From NCBI RefSeq assembly GCF_009914755.1, contig NC_060930.1: DNA of 64,000 nucleotides. One strand, 5' to 3'. The position numbers and the translations under genes are program-made. The notes under the pieces were generated by a model. It worked only from the letters and a program-made list of their open reading frames with translations. It made no database searches and had not been told where the DNA came from. The stretch comes from the human T2T-CHM13v2.0 reference genome, Homo sapiens. Below are positions 25,127 to 47,199 of the stretch, piece by piece (position 1 is the first letter of the stretch; each line of letters starts with the position of its first letter).

Positions 25127-25910
25127 GACTTTTTAATGATTGCCATTCTAACTGGCAAAAGATGGTATCTCATCATGGTTTTGATTTGCATTTCTCTGAC
25201 CAGTGATGAGCATTTTTTCATATGTCTGTTGGATCATGAAAAAGTCAGGAAACAACAGATGCTGGAGAGGATGTGGAGAAGTGGGAATGCTTTTATATTG
25301 TTGGTGGGAGTGTAAATTAGTGCAACCATTGTGGAAGACAGTGTGGTGATTCCTCAAGAATCTAGAACTAGAAATAACATTTGACTCAGCAATTCCATTA
25401 CTGGGTATATACCCAAAGGATTATAAATCATGCTACTAAAAGACACATGCACACATATGTTTATTGCAGCACTATTCACAACAGCAAAGACTTGAAACCA
25501 ACCCAAATGCCCATCAATGATAGACTGGATTAAGAAAATGTGGCACATATACACCATGGTATACTATAAATCCATAAAATGATGAGTTCATGTCCTCTGC
25601 AGGGACATGGATGAAGCTGGAAACCATCATTCTGAGCAAACTATCACAAGGACAGAAAACCAAACGCCACATATTCTTACTCATAGATGGGAGTTGAACA
25701 ATGAGAACACATGGACACAGGACGGGGAACATCACACACTGGGGCCTGTCAGGGGTTGGGGGACTGGGAAAAGGATAGCATTAGGAAAAATATCTAATGT
25801 AAATGGCGAGTTGATGGGTGTGGCAAATCAACATTGCACATGTATACATATGTAACAAACCTGTACATTGTACACATGTACCCTAGAACTTAAAGTATAA
25901 TTGAAAAAAA
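25127..25910 (+). mobile_element. L1PA6/7-like insertion with 5' inversion
   Basis: 25127-25232 is reverse-oriented ORF2 end; 25233-25910 is the sense 3' end with A tail; approximate TSD aaaaataa(a)g on both sides. Confidence 0.88.
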
Positions 25911-27336
25911 TAAAGGAGAGATAGACATTTCCAGATAAATCAAAGCTGGAGTTCACACCATTAGATCTGCCTTATAAGAAATGCTAAAGAAAATTATTTC
26001 AGTTTAAACAAAAGATTGTTAAGTAACAACATAAAAACAAATGAAAGTATTTACCTTTACTCACTGGTAAAGGTAAATATATGTAGCCAAATTCAGAATA
26101 ATACTGTAATGGTGGTGTATAAATTTAACTCTAGTATAGAAGTTAAAATGTATTAAACATAGCTATTGCTACAAAAATGTGTTAATGCATAATACAAAAA
26201 GGTTAAATTATGGTATCAATAGTATAAACTTATGTGTGTGTAAACTAAAAGTGTGGACTTTTAGTATATGATATATCAATTTTGAGCTAATTATTTAAAT
26301 AACTGTAACTCATTTTATGGAAACATCTTGATAACCATATATAGAAATAAAGGCTTCTATAGATACAAAAAATTAAGAAAAGGGAATCAAAGCATATAAC
26401 TGAAACATAGCAAATCACAAAGGAAGACAATAAAAAGTATTACAAAAGCAGAAAACAGAATGAAAATAATGAATCCTTACCTATAATAATTACAATATAA
26501 CTGAATTAAATCAAAAGAGAAAGTGGCTGAATGGATTTTTCAAAAAAGATTCAACAATATGATATAAAAGAGACTAGCTTTAGCCTTGAAGACACGTGTA
26601 GGCTGAAAGTGAAGGGATGGGAAAAGCTATTCCATGTAAAATGGTAAGTAAAAGAGAGCAGGGATGGCTGTACCTATATCAGACAAGATGGACTTTCAGT
26701 CAAAATCTGTCATAGGAAGCAAATAAGGTGACTAATAATAAAGGAATCAACTCATCAATAAGATATAAGAGTTGTAAATATATATGCACTCAACATTAGA
26801 GCACTTAAATATATAAAGCAAATATTGACAAAAATGAAGGGAGAAATAGCAATATAATAATAGTAGAGAACCTTAATACTTTCAACAATGTATAGATATT
26901 CCAGAAAGAGTATAAACAGCAGACTTGAACAACACTATACAAAAAAGTGAACTTAACAGATATATATAGAATATTCCATCCAACAGCAGCAGAATACACT
27001 TTTTTTCTCAAGCACACTTGGGACATTCATCAGAGTAGAACACAAATTGGGCCACAAAACAAGTATTAGCTAACTTAAGAGGACTTAAATCATACCAAGT
27101 ATTTTTCTGACCGTAATAATGTGAAACTAGAAAATAACAAGAAGAATGTTAGAACATTAAAATATGTGGAAATTAAACAATACACTACTGAAATAGATAA
27201 AGAAGAAATCGAAAGAAAATCAAAAAGCATCTTGAAACAAAAACAGAAACACAACATACCAAAACTTATGGGATGACCAAAAGCAGTACTAAGAGGGAAG
27301 TTTAACAGTAAATGCTTAGATTGAGAAAAGAAAACA

Positions 27337-27681
<345 letters not shown>

Positions 27682-27821
27682 TCAGTGACCAAAAATCACC
27701 CTACAAAGAAAAGCTCAAGACCAGATGATTTCACAGGTGAATTATAAAACGAAAGTAAAAAAGAATTAATATTAATCCTTCTGAAAATGTTTCAAAATCT
27801 TTAAGAGGAGGAAACACTCTT

Positions 27822-30645
<2,824 letters not shown>

Positions 30646-32399
30646 GAGGAGGAAATACTCTTAAACTAATCTTTAAAAAGCCAGCATCACCCTCAAATTA
30701 AGGCAAGAAAATAACACTGCAAGAAAAAATTATGGGTCAATATCCCTGATTAACAAAGACGCAAACATTATCTACAAAGTACTAGCAAACAAAATCCAAT
30801 ACCACATTAAAGGACTTGTATACCACAATCAAGTAGGACTTAACCCTGGGATGCAAGGGTGATTCAACATACAAAAATCGATAAATGTGATATGCCACAT
30901 GAACAGAATTGAGAATAAAAAATCATATGGTCATCTCAATTGATGCAGAAAAAGTATTTGACAAAATTCAACATTGACAAAAACTCTCACCAATTTAGAT
31001 ATAGAAGCAATGTACCTCAAGACAATAAAGGCCATATGTCAAAAGCCCACAGTTAACATCATACTAAATGGTGAAAAGCTGAAAGCATTTTCTGAGATCA
31101 GGAAAAAGGCAAGGCCACTCACTTCACTCTCACCAGTTCTATTTAGCATAGAACTATAAGTCTTAGCTGGAGCAATTAGGCAAGAAAAAGAAATAAAAGG
31201 CTTCCAAATCAGAAAGGAACAAGTAAAATTGTCTGTTCGTAAATGACATCATCTGCAAACATACAGAATACCCTGAAGACTCCACTAAAAAACTGTTAGA
31301 ACTAATAAGTGAATTTAGTAAAGCTGCAGAATACAAAATCAACATATAAAGATCAGTTGCATTTCTATATACTCATTACAAACTATCTGAAAAAGAAATA
31401 AAGAAAGCAATCTCATTTATAATAACATCTAAAAGAATAAAATACTTAGGAATAAATTTAACTAAGGAGGTGAAAATCTATTCACTAAAAATTACACAAC
31501 TTTGAAAGAAATGGAAGACCCAAATAAATGGAATGACATCATGTGTTCATGGATCAGAATAATTAATGTCAAAATGTCCATACTACCATACATGATCTAC
31601 AGATTAAGTGTAACGTTTATCAAAATTCAATTGTCATTTTTCACAGAAATAGAACAAATTTAAAATTCATAAGGAAACACATAAAACCTCAAAAGCCAAA
31701 GCAATCTTGTACAAAAAGAGTAAAACTGGAGACATTATATTTCCTAATTTCAAACTATATTTCAAAACTATAGTAATCAAAAGTAGCATAAAACAGACAC
31801 ATTAGGTCAATGGAACAGAATAGAAAGCCCAGAAATAAACACATGCATTAGTTAACCAGTCTTTGACAAGGGCCACAATAATATCCAATAGGGAAAGGAT
31901 AGTCTCTTCAATAATAGTGTTAGGAAAAATAGATATCCACATGCGAAAGAATAAAATTGGATACTTTCTCACCATATTTAAAAAAAGACAAAAACACCTT
32001 AAATGTAACGTAATGCACTGGATTAAAGACTTAAAAGTAAGACCTGAAAATGAGGTAAGACCTATGCCTAGAAGACATAGGGGGAGATCTCCTTGACACT
32101 GGTTTTTGCAGGTTTTGGATTTGACACCAAAAGCACAAGAAACAAAAGCAAACATAAACAAGTTTGACTACATCAAACTAAAACTCTGCACAGCAAAGGA
32201 AATAACATAATGGAGAGACAGCCCACAGAATAAGATAAAATATTTGTAAACTATATATCCAGTAATGAGTTAGTATCAAAATAAGGAATTCATAAAACTC
32301 CATAGGAAAAGAAAAACAAATAGCCTGATTAACAAATGAGGACAGAATCTGAATAGGCTTTTTTTTTCCCCAAAAAGTCATACACATGGCCCACAGATA

Positions 32400-36738
<4,339 letters not shown>

Positions 36739-37722
36739 TATACGAAAAGGTGCTCAATATCACTAATCATCAGGGAAATGCAAATGGAATAACATTTCAC
36801 TCCTGTCATTCTGGCTATAATCAAGAAAAGGATAAAAAGAGTTGAGGATATGGATGGATATAAGGGAACTTTTGTAGACTCTTGATGGGAATATAAAATG
36901 GTCCGGTCATTATGGAAAACAGTATGAAGGTTCCACACACAAAAAAACAGAAGTACCATAGAATCCTTCAATTCTACTTCTATGTATACATCCAAAGAAA
37001 ATGAAATTATATCTTCCAGAGACATGTGCAATCACAAGTTCATTTTAATATTATTCACAGTTGCTAATATATGAAAACAGCCTAGTTCATGCTCCTAGAT
37101 AGATGAAGAAAATTTGAGGGTGTGTGTGTGTGTGATTGAATATTACCAGCCTAATAAAAAGCAAATTCTGCCATTTCAACAATGCAGATGAAACTGAAGG
37201 ACAACATAATAAATGAAATAAGCCAAACAGATAGACAAATATTCTATTGTCTAACATACATGTAGAATCTAAAACACTGAAACTCATAAAAACTGAGGGT
37301 AGCACAGTGGCTGAATAGACAAATATTTTATGATCTAGCATATATGTAGAATCTAAAACAGTCACTCTCATAAAAGCCGAGAGTGGAAAACTGGTTGCCA
37401 GGAGCTAGGGGATTCAGGAAATGGGGAGATGTTAGTCAAAGGATCAGACTTTCAGTTTTAAGATGAATAACTTCTGGAGACCTAGTGTATAGCATGGTGA
37501 CTATCATTAATAGTACCGTATTATTTACTTGAAATTTTCCAAGAGAGTAGATATTAACTGCCCTCACCACACACACACAATGGTAACTGTGTGCTGATAG
37601 ATGTGTTAATTTAATTGTGGCAACAGTGTATACATATATCATCACATTGGACACCTTGAAAGTATATGGTTTTTATTTGTGAATAATAATAGCTTAACAA
37701 AGCTGATAAATTCAAATAAAAC

Positions 37723-38075
37723 AGGTACTACATGTATAAAATGTAATATTATCCAGCAATAAAAAGAAATTGAATTTTACTTAGTGAAAGAAGGTAGTCT
37801 GAAAAGGTTACTTAGTAGATGATCCTATTTATGACATTCCTGAAATAGCAAAGCTAGGCAGACAGGATAAAAGACTGACTGCCAGAGACTGGGAGGCATT
37901 GTGGGGGCCCGGGGCTGGGGAGTGGGTAGAAGTTTTAATAAGTGATGCAAAAGAATTTTAGAGTAAAACTATTCTGTATGATACTGTAATTATGTTTAAT
38001 TAACATTATGCATTTATCAAAACACAGCTCTGCAACACAAAGAGTCACCCTTAATGTTTGCAAATTTAATAAAAG
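37723..38075 (+). mobile_element. L1MD-like 3' end, right part of the host
   Basis: ggtactacatgtataaaatgtaatattatccagcaataaaaagaaa...aaactattctgtatgatactgtaa...cattatgcatttatcaaaac. Confidence 0.7.
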
Positions 38076-38329
38076 GACTCCCTTCCCCTAAGAATTGACC
38101 ATATTGTCCTCCATCAAGATGTCCCTAGCCAGTCTGCCTTTGTCTGCCTCACTGTCAGAATCTTTTTACTGTGGTATGTTGAATACTTTTCTAGGTTATT
38201 TAGTTGTGTTTAGAAAGGAGGAACAGGGAAAAGTGAATCTTTTCCAACTTTTCTGGATCTAGAAATTCAGTAATTCAATTTTAAATTTTATTTTTTAATT
38301 ATTGCCAAGATTTTTTCAAATATTATCCC

Positions 38330-39150
38330 TTTGAATCTTCTTTAAATTGTCTGCTCATATCTGTGCTCCATTTTCTATTGGGAGATTTATTTTCCTTGCT
38401 TTGACATAAAAATTATCTGTGTATTGTTTATTCTGTAGATTTTATAGATTTCCCAAGTGTGTTGGTTATCTTTTAAGTCTTTTTTTTCCACAGAAAGAAG
38501 CTTTTTGTTTATAGTATCTTTTATGTATGTTTTATGTAGTTTCATTAATTTTGTTGTAATACTTGACAATTTTCCCAAAATACTTTCTTCTAAATCAATT
38601 TTTTTGCCAAACTAGGTATCTGAGAAATAGCTCTCACATTTTCTTCTGGTTTTTAATATCTTGATTTTTATTTAGAAGAGTAATAAAAATCTGCAAAGAA
38701 GTACAACTCTTTCCTCTAGTAGAGAAAGGGAGAGTATATCAGGTTAGGTGGGGAATATAAATTTTAAAAACTATATTAGCCTTTCCCTGGATATTTTCAT
38801 ATGTCTTCTGGAGAATGTGTCGATCCTGCTTCTCTTGATGTGAATTATGGCAGATTATGAGAGCTATTACTGAGTATAATGTGTTATACAGGTAAATGTA
38901 GATGAACAAAAATAGTTAAGAATCACTGATCAATCTAATCCATTAATTTATCCAAATAGTTAATCAGTTGTAAAATTGTTTTGATTTTTTTCCTTAATCT
39001 CATGCTAACTTCATATTTATTTAATTTCTATATATGCGAAGATATGTTTTTCTGGATATTTTTTCCATACTACTGATAACATTCTACTTCTAAATCAGTA
39101 CCCCAATTAACCTAATTATTTACCTTACTTGTATTTAATGTCTTATGACA
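38330..39150 (-). mobile_element. Highly diverged L1M remnant
   Basis: ttgtctgctcatatctgtgctccattttctattggg...: degenerate reverse ORF2 3' motifs. Confidence 0.45.
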
Positions 39151-40159
39151 GAATTTCCTTATTCCTCTTTTTTTAAATAATTGTATTAAAAATTCATTTA
39201 AATATAGCACTTTGAGTTTATTACTTTGATTTCCTGAGATCCAAACTAAAATAATTGTGAAAGAATAAAAATGCTATAAACCCAAGAGTGAAAAAATCCA
39301 TATGGCAATGGAAGTGAACACAATATCATAAATAAAGAAAGTGAAAAGATAAATGATTATCAATATGGCAAAGCAGAAAATCTCAGTCTTAAATGAATGG
39401 TAGGGTAATACTATGACAGCTAATTAACTCTGCAGAATTCATGAGATATTAAATATTTGGATGTATTAATTTAGTGAAGGTAGGGTAGAGGTGCAGGGCA
39501 GAAAATGAAGGGAACTGGTCAAAGGCATTTCACCATGGAGCAGAATATCAGCCACATCCTGCACTAACAGATGATTCCCTCTTTTCCACCTACAGAACGG
39601 AAGTCAAATCTCTTAGGAAGCTGTGAGGGGATTCTCCCAGCAAATCTAGCAGCACAATATAAAGGAGAAAGAGGAGAGCATGGGATCCAGAAAACATGTG
39701 TTTCAACCTAGAAAGTGTTAAAAGTTTTAGAAAAAAGACTTGTACAGTAGGCCTGAACCATGAAAATAGAAAAGAGAGAATTCATAGATTCTCAGATAAA
39801 TATGAGAATTCTGAAGAACAAATTGATATTCTTTTTGTAGTGGATCCAATGGAGCAGCTTGAAAATTTTACAGAACAGCTTAAAAGCATACACCGGGGGA
39901 AACAAATAATTAAACTTATTAAAAAACAAAAGCAGGAAGAAAAATCTAAGCACAAACATATAAAGGCAATATTTATCTACTCATGATATAAACACCAAGT
40001 TTATTGTATCTCAAATTATGACTATTATAAATGAACTATTACTATATTACGTTAAATGACAGCATGGTAGGTTGATTTATGTTTGTAGAATTACTAGATT
40101 CTTAACTGTCAAAGACTGCTATTTTGTATAGTATGACACTTAATACTTTTATAGCTGTG

Positions 40160-40463
40160 TTTTATTTGTTTGTTTGTTTGTTTGAGATTGAGTCTCACTC
40201 TGTTTCCCAGGCTGGAGTGCAGTGGCGTGATTTTGGCTCACTGCAATCTCTCTGCCACATTCAAGCAATTCTCTTGCCTCAGCCTCCTGAGTAGCTGGGA
40301 CTACAGGTGCATGCCACTATGCCCTGCTAATTTTTTATATTTTTAGTAGAGACAGGGTTTCACCATGTTGGCCAGGCTGATTTGAACTCTTGACCTCAGG
40401 TGATCCACCCGCCTTGGCCTCCCAAAGTGCTGGGATTACAGGCGTGAGCTACTGTGCTGGGCC
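40160..40463 (-). mobile_element. AluS with (TTTG)n tail
   Basis: Complete reverse Alu dimer. Confidence 0.93.
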
Positions 40464-41467
40464 TCTTTTAGCTTTCTGATATGTACGTGTATTAGACTTT
40501 TTAAAAATAAAAACTTTTAGATATTCATACCTATTTAATATTCTAAATGAACTTTAACATTTTCTATAATAAAACCCTATTGGGATATAGAATTGAATTA
40601 AATTTAACTAAACTAGAAAAGTAATTTGTGAAGAATCAACATTTTTACAATATTGTCTTCCCTCCAGCAATTGTATATTCTTTTTAATTATCTGACTTCA
40701 GCAGAGTTTTACATCATTCTTTTCTTCATTATATGTTCTCTATTTCATGAATTGTTACCTAAGTATTTATCCTTATTTCTGTTATAAATAACCTTTTAAA
40801 AGATAACTTCAACTTTAGACAGGGAAAAAAAGAACACTAAATACTATATTACAAGCTTCAACTATTTTTAAACCCTATAATTTTTTAACATTTGTTCTCA
40901 GTTGCTTTACTACATATTTATCAACTCCAATTTTACTTATTTCCTTAGATTTTGTAAGTATAAAATAACATAACCTGCATGTGCTAATTTGGTTTCCCTA
41001 CCTCTAATAGCTTTGTGTTATTTTGTTTTCAAGCCTTATTGCATTGCTATTAAACATGATGAAAATTGACATTTTAATCCTGATTCTAAGTCTATAGCAA
41101 TTCTACACAATTAAATTATGAATTTACACTGAATTTTTAACTGTTTTCTAAATTTATACTGAATTTCTAGTTTGTTTTTTCGAGAAAAAGTTTTTGCCTA
41201 CTTCCAGCTGAAGCTATCTACTTCATAGCAATGACATTTTTATTCTGTAGGATTTCTAATAGTCATCAATTTTCTTCCATACTAGCTGTATTGTTTAAAA
41301 GGATAGGATTCAATATCCATAGCTTTCTAGCAAAGAGGGAATGGTTTTGATTTTTTTCTGTGTAAAGCTTTCTCACTTTTGAAAACCATAAACCCTACAA
41401 TATTTTGGGGCTCTCAGGCACATAGTAATATCAATTAGCTATTGTATTCCCACTGTCTATATGATGT

Positions 41468-41955
41468 GCATTCACATTCATTCGTTCACTGAACTACAAT
41501 AAGCCAGGCATTATTCAAGGTGGTGGAGATACAGCAGTGGGTAAAAAGGCACTCTTAACTCATGGAGCTGACATACTAGCGGAGAGAGACAGAAAATGAA
41601 CAAATAAATGTGTGAATAGTTAGTATTTTAGATGATAAGGGTTAAGGAGAACAAGGCAGAAAAAGCAGGAGGAGGAAAAGATGGAAGATAGATTTAATAT
41701 TAATATATGGATCAGAGAAGGCCATTCTAATAAAATGATATTTGAAGAGCAAACTCAATTAAGGGAGAGAAAGAGCCATCCAATTCTCTGGGGAAAAAAT
41801 AATGTGGACTGAAGAAATGTCTAAGGGCCTGAGCCAGCAGTGTCTGTCTGGATAGCCTTAGAGTGGATGGAGAAGGGAGACTCATGGGTCTATGTAGCTA
41901 CTAACCAGATCACTGGGGCCATGTAAGGCTTTGGATTTTACTCCAAGTGGGATGA
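41468..41955 (-). mobile_element. L2a 3' region
   Basis: cattcattcgttca...ggagatacagcagtg...ctcatggagctgacatactag...gtaaggctttggattttactcc. Confidence 0.7.
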
Positions 41956-42320
41956 TGTTTCATTTGGAATTACATTTTTCTTCATGTGATGCAAGTCTAA
42001 AAATCTGTGGCTAAATCCAAAGTTCAATTTTCTCTCACATAAAAATGTGGAGGAATACAATCCAAGGAAAGAATTTGAGCTCTGATCTGCAAAGTTCTCT
42101 GGGAGTTGAGCTCCTTCTAGTTCATGGTTCCAGTATCCCTCAGGCTCTAAGCAGCAGAATGGAAGAGGGAAGATGTTTGTAATACAGATTATATAGCAAA
42201 CCACATTTTCTGTATGTAAAACTGGAAGGTGTTGGTAGAACTCACCTTATTTCAGTTCGAACATTTTTGCCCACAGTTACCAGTCTTGAACTTACCTGCA
42301 GTTTTATTATTAGTATGAGG

Positions 42321-42687
42321 TTTTTCTTTTTCCTTCCTCTTTTCTTTTCTTTCTTCTTTTCTTTTCTTTTCTTTTGTCTCTTCTCTTCTCTTCTCTTTCT
42401 TTTTTTTTTGACAGAGTCTCACTCTGTTGCCCAGACTGGAGTGCAGTGGTGCAATCTCGGCTCACTGCCACTTTTGTCTTCTGGGTTCAAGCGTTCTTCT
42501 GCCTCAACCTCCTGAGTAGCTGGGATTACAGGCACATGCCACTACACCTGGCTAATTTTGTATTTTTAGTAGAGATGGGGTTTCACCATATTGGCCAGGC
42601 TGGTCTTGAACTCCTGACCTCAAGTGATCCACCCGCCTCAGCCTCCCAAAATGCTAGGATTATAGGCGTGAGCCACTGCTCAAGGCC
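42321..42687 (-). mobile_element. AluS (Sz/Sx-like) with ~90-nt pyrimidine-rich tail
   Basis: Reverse Alu dimer, cctcaagtgatcc; CT-rich expanded tail at 42321-42409. Confidence 0.93.
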
Positions 42688-43149
42688 AGCATGAACATTT
42701 TCTCATATGGATGGATTAGGTTGATGGGGGTTCCAGAACTAAGTATGGTTGACTCCTTGACCTTACCTGCTGTCTGAATCCAGTTTGAAGAAAATGCTGG
42801 CTTTTTTGGGAAAAACTGTATCTTTCATTGAATCCTAACAGTTATCTTGGGAACTCTGTGGGATGGGGTATTGAACTGGAGCATTGAAAAGCATAGATAC
42901 ATTTTCCAGTTGGCAAGAGATTAGGGAAAATATAAATGTTAAATCAAATTGAGAAATAACTTCCATTGTTAAATAATAGAGTGGCTCTTTTGTTAGAAAA
43001 ACACACATGAATACTTATCCACAGACCCTCACAAACACACATATAAGGCATTCTCTCATTTCCTGTGAAAAATCAAATGAAAATATTATAATTTACAAAG
43101 GAGTGAATGATTGACAGACTTCATCATTTCAGAAGTTATCTGACTCCTT

Positions 43150-43316
43150 AAGATAATATATAGGTATCTAGAAATATATTTTAGAGAAATACATAAAATA
43201 TTAAAAATCATATATTCATATATATGTTCATATATAAAAAGTCTGATTATATAAAATATCTGAAATATATATATATCCAGATTGATGATACATATATAGA
43301 TATATATAGAGAGAGA
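43150..43316. repeat. AT-rich (TA)n low-complexity tract
   Basis: Interrupted ATAT runs. Confidence 0.6.
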
Positions 43317-43829
43317 TCCGCACACTAGGAGGTTCTCAGGTTTCCATTACTCACTCCAGGTGGCTCCCTGTGATAACTTATCCAGAAATTGACTACATGC
43401 CCAGAACTGGCATCCTTTTGAAAACAGCAGCTTTCCTCAGCCTTGAACTCGCTCTATATTCCATGGCTCAGTAAAATTTAAGTGTCATCCCTGTAGGGTA
43501 AGAGTGTATTAGCAAGTAAAATATTTTAAACCATGAATAAAGGACCTAAAGGATCTCTCACTTCTGCTTTTATAATAATTTAAACTTAAGATATTAATTT
43601 TAAGGTCACCAGATATGTCACAATAGTGTATCACATAATCAATGTTCTTGAACTTTACATTTAGATAATATACTAACTTTTCTGTTCCACTGAACTTGCT
43701 AAAAGTGTAACATACTTTTTTTTTTTTAAATTTGCTGTTTTCTTTGGATTTATAGGTTTGCTTCATTATTCTGACAACACCCTATGAAATTGTAAAAATG
43801 CTAAGGAGTCCATATATTTTTGCCAACTT

Positions 43830-45208
43830 TTCATATGAAAGAAGACCACTCCTGAATTCCTTATATTGTTGACAGTAGTAGAATGAACTATTATTTCAGA
43901 TTATTCTCAGACATCAGGGAAGGGATGTTAAACTAAAACCAGCAAATTAAGAGGACTCCTGAACTTCATTTGAAATTGGCTTAACAGGCAAAGTGTGGGG
44001 GCAAGGTACTCATCAACGTAATGCCTTACCTTTACAGAGATGCCTTACCTTTACAGCTCATGATGAACCTGGAATATTTTCATTTGCCAGAACATAGCAA
44101 AATGTTTAAAGAATGATGAAGAGATGTAAAAGCATTTATGATTCAGTTTCAGGGAATTCCCACTTGCCAAATCTTGGATAACTTGAGCATATAATAAATA
44201 ATATTTTTTAAATATAACTCACCAAATAAGAATTCATAAGTCCACCTAGATAGAAAGAATAGATGGAAGGGAGGAAGAGAGGAAGGGAAGAAGGGAGGGA
44301 GGGAAGAAGGGAGAGAGGGGAGGTAGGTAAAATCTTTTGTTACAGTACAATGGCAAAAAGTAAATGTGAAAAAGCATAGAATTAAAAATCACCATTTAGC
44401 AAACATAATCATCTATTCAGGCAAGGATCATCAGCCAGATGGTTTAATTAGATTGAAAGTTTGAAAAGTAACAGGGATTTACATAATCTCAAAGTATCTT
44501 CCCACAAGGTTCTTATTAGTTACAAAAGGAGTAGTAATACCATTATAGTAGAAATAACTGGCAAACATTATCTAAACCAAGTGATCAAAGTGAACATCAC
44601 CAGTAAATGGGATAAATCAGCATCATTTGCCTCTTGATAGCATGCAATAATATCAGATCACTTTTGTGGGATACCTGCCAAACGCCTGATGCTACTCATG
44701 AGGAAACATCAGACAAATTGAAATTGAAGTACATTCTACAAAATTACTGGCCTGTGTCTTGAAACACATTAAATGACTGCTGAAGTGTTCAAGATTAATT
44801 TAGCAGTCTAAAAAAACATGACAACTGAATGTAATGTGGGACCTCATATTTTCTTTTGCTGTAAAGGATGTTATTGAGACAATCAGAAAATTCAGAATAA
44901 GGTTCACAGATTAGATAATAGGATTGTATCAATAGTATTATCCTGATTTTGAAAATAATTCCTTAACTATATGATAAAGACCTTGTTTTTTAGGAAAACC
45001 ACACTGAGAAATTTAAGAATAAAGAGGCATCATGGCTGCAAGTCAGTCTCAATAGCTCAGAAAGAAATCATATAGATATGGATAGAGCAGAATAAAACAG
45101 ATATGATAAAATAGTCATATTAGCATTTGTGAAACCTGAGTGAAGGACATAAGGAAAATTTTTGTACTATTGCAACATTTTTGTACATTTGATATCTGTT
45201 TAAAAAAA
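43830..45208 (+). mobile_element. L1MC (MC3/MC4-like) 3' UTR
   Basis: gccaaatcttggataacttgagcat...ttacataatctcaaagtatcttcccacaa...aaccaagtgatcaaagtgaacatcaccagtaa...ttgtactattgcaacattttt; includes a GA-rich tract at 44265-44326. Confidence 0.75.
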
Positions 45209-46901
45209 TGGCAGCCTTCTTCACTGTCCTCCCCTGAAAACAAGTAGCCAGCCTACTACAGATTCTAAGTGAAGAGGCTGGCAAATGTACATCCTTTGAG
45301 TACAGATTGAAGTATTGCTTAATATAGTAGTCTTGACAATATAATTTCTTCGTCAAGATTGTTTACAACTCAAACCACAGAGTTTTCTATTATCTGCAAG
45401 TCTCCAGAAAATCATGGATCCTGTCAGTTTGGTCTTTCAGCAGAGAAAATCTTTCTCTAATGAATAAATTTTAGGGAAACAATAGAAGACAAAAAGTTGC
45501 ATTTAGATTACAAAAAAAATAGATAGATACCGGGTACATGTCATTTCTGACATTTGTCACTAGAGTGATATCCAATTGGAAACCCTTTCTAAACTTATGT
45601 ACATTTGATGACCTTCTCAAAATAGTAGTTGCTACTATAACAGTCATCCACTTAGTTTATATTAAGTAATATCAATTTATTAAACATTTATTAATTTTTT
45701 CCTTCACAGAGAAACCAAATCCATAGCATGAAAATTTGACACCTTGTTAAAATTAAGGCATGTAATCTTTCATCAAGGATGAATCTTTTAAGGAGGCATT
45801 CATTCAAATAATAAATGTAATCACTTATCTTACCACTTTAAGTTGTATTTATATCTCTCATTTCCACAGAAGTTTTGCCTAACTAAAAAAGAAGAAAAAA
45901 ACTACCTCCCCATCACCCCCCCAAAAAAAAACTCCCCTGAAACAGGAGCAGTATTCCCTTCATTTTATTCATTAGGAAGTTAACATAAGAGAAATTTGAC
46001 TTTCCCAAGAGCCAGTAGGTAAAGCCCTGTGTTAAATCCAGTTTTCTATTCCTTTCTTCTTGTTCTGAGAGTTGGTTTTGTTCCATTTCAAATCCTATTT
46101 TGAATATAATAATCATAATAACTATATGCTGTTGTAGACATCCACTTTTAATCTGTTTATATTTTGGTTTTTTAAATATAATTTTGAAGCTGAGAAGGCT
46201 GTTTAAGGAATGCAGCTATCTGTTAAGTATAAAAGGAGGTTATTTGTTGAATTTTGTTTATCTAAATGTGAAACAAATATCTGTGTTTCAGTTAATTACT
46301 ACGTTACCCATCTGTCTGTATCTTGGCTTAAAAGATTCATATTCATATTAGATTAAAAATCTTAATCAGTTAGTTTGCATTCAATTTTGTTTTTTAAAAA
46401 GATGAGGGAATTGGCACATCAGAAGTCTTAAAATACAGAATGAAAAATTAGAGGCCAGCCCACATTTGTGTTCTTATTTACAGTACTTTATAGAATGTCA
46501 TGTTTAAAATGTCATCTAAAAAATAGCATAACTAGTAAGAAAAATGGATATTTCATTTATAATTCTAGTTTAAAATTTAAAATGCTCTCTGTAATTCACA
46601 TCTTTTTTTAAGCTTTTATCATGTTTTTTGACAATGTAGTTAAAGTCTACCTTAATTTTGAGGTAGCATCATGTCATTTATTAGAACATGTTATATTTGC
46701 AAGAGAAATAGCAAAGAAAATGTTAATATTGGCAAAAAATATTTTGAGTAACAATGCAATTTCAAAAATGAAAAAAAAGTAGAGTTCTTGAAAAATAAGT
46801 GTGCCACTTTTTTTTTTCTCAAAATTACCTGTCACCTTATAGCAGTAGAATTCTTTTTCATATCAGTACATTTCATGGAGCCCATCAATAAAGTAAATAA
46901 T

Positions 46902-47199
46902 GGCTGAGTGTGGTGGCTCATGCCTGTAATCTCAGCACTTTGGGAGGCTGAGGCGGGCGGATTACCTGAGGTCATGAGTTCGAGACCAGCCTTGCCAATA
47001 TGGTGAAACCCTGTCTCTCCTAAAAATACAAAAATTATCTGGGCATGGTGGCAGCCACCTGTAATCCCAGCTACTTCAGAGACGGAGGCATGAGAATTGC
47101 TTGAACCCAGAGGTGAAGGTTGCAGTGAGCTGAGATCGCACCACTGTACTCTAGCATGGGAGAGGGAGACTCTGTCTCAATAAATAAATAATAATAAAA
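46902..47199 (+). mobile_element. AluS (Sx-like)
   Basis: Full dimer; 15-bp TSD aataaagtaaat(a/c)at at 46887-46901 and 47200-47214. Confidence 0.95.
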
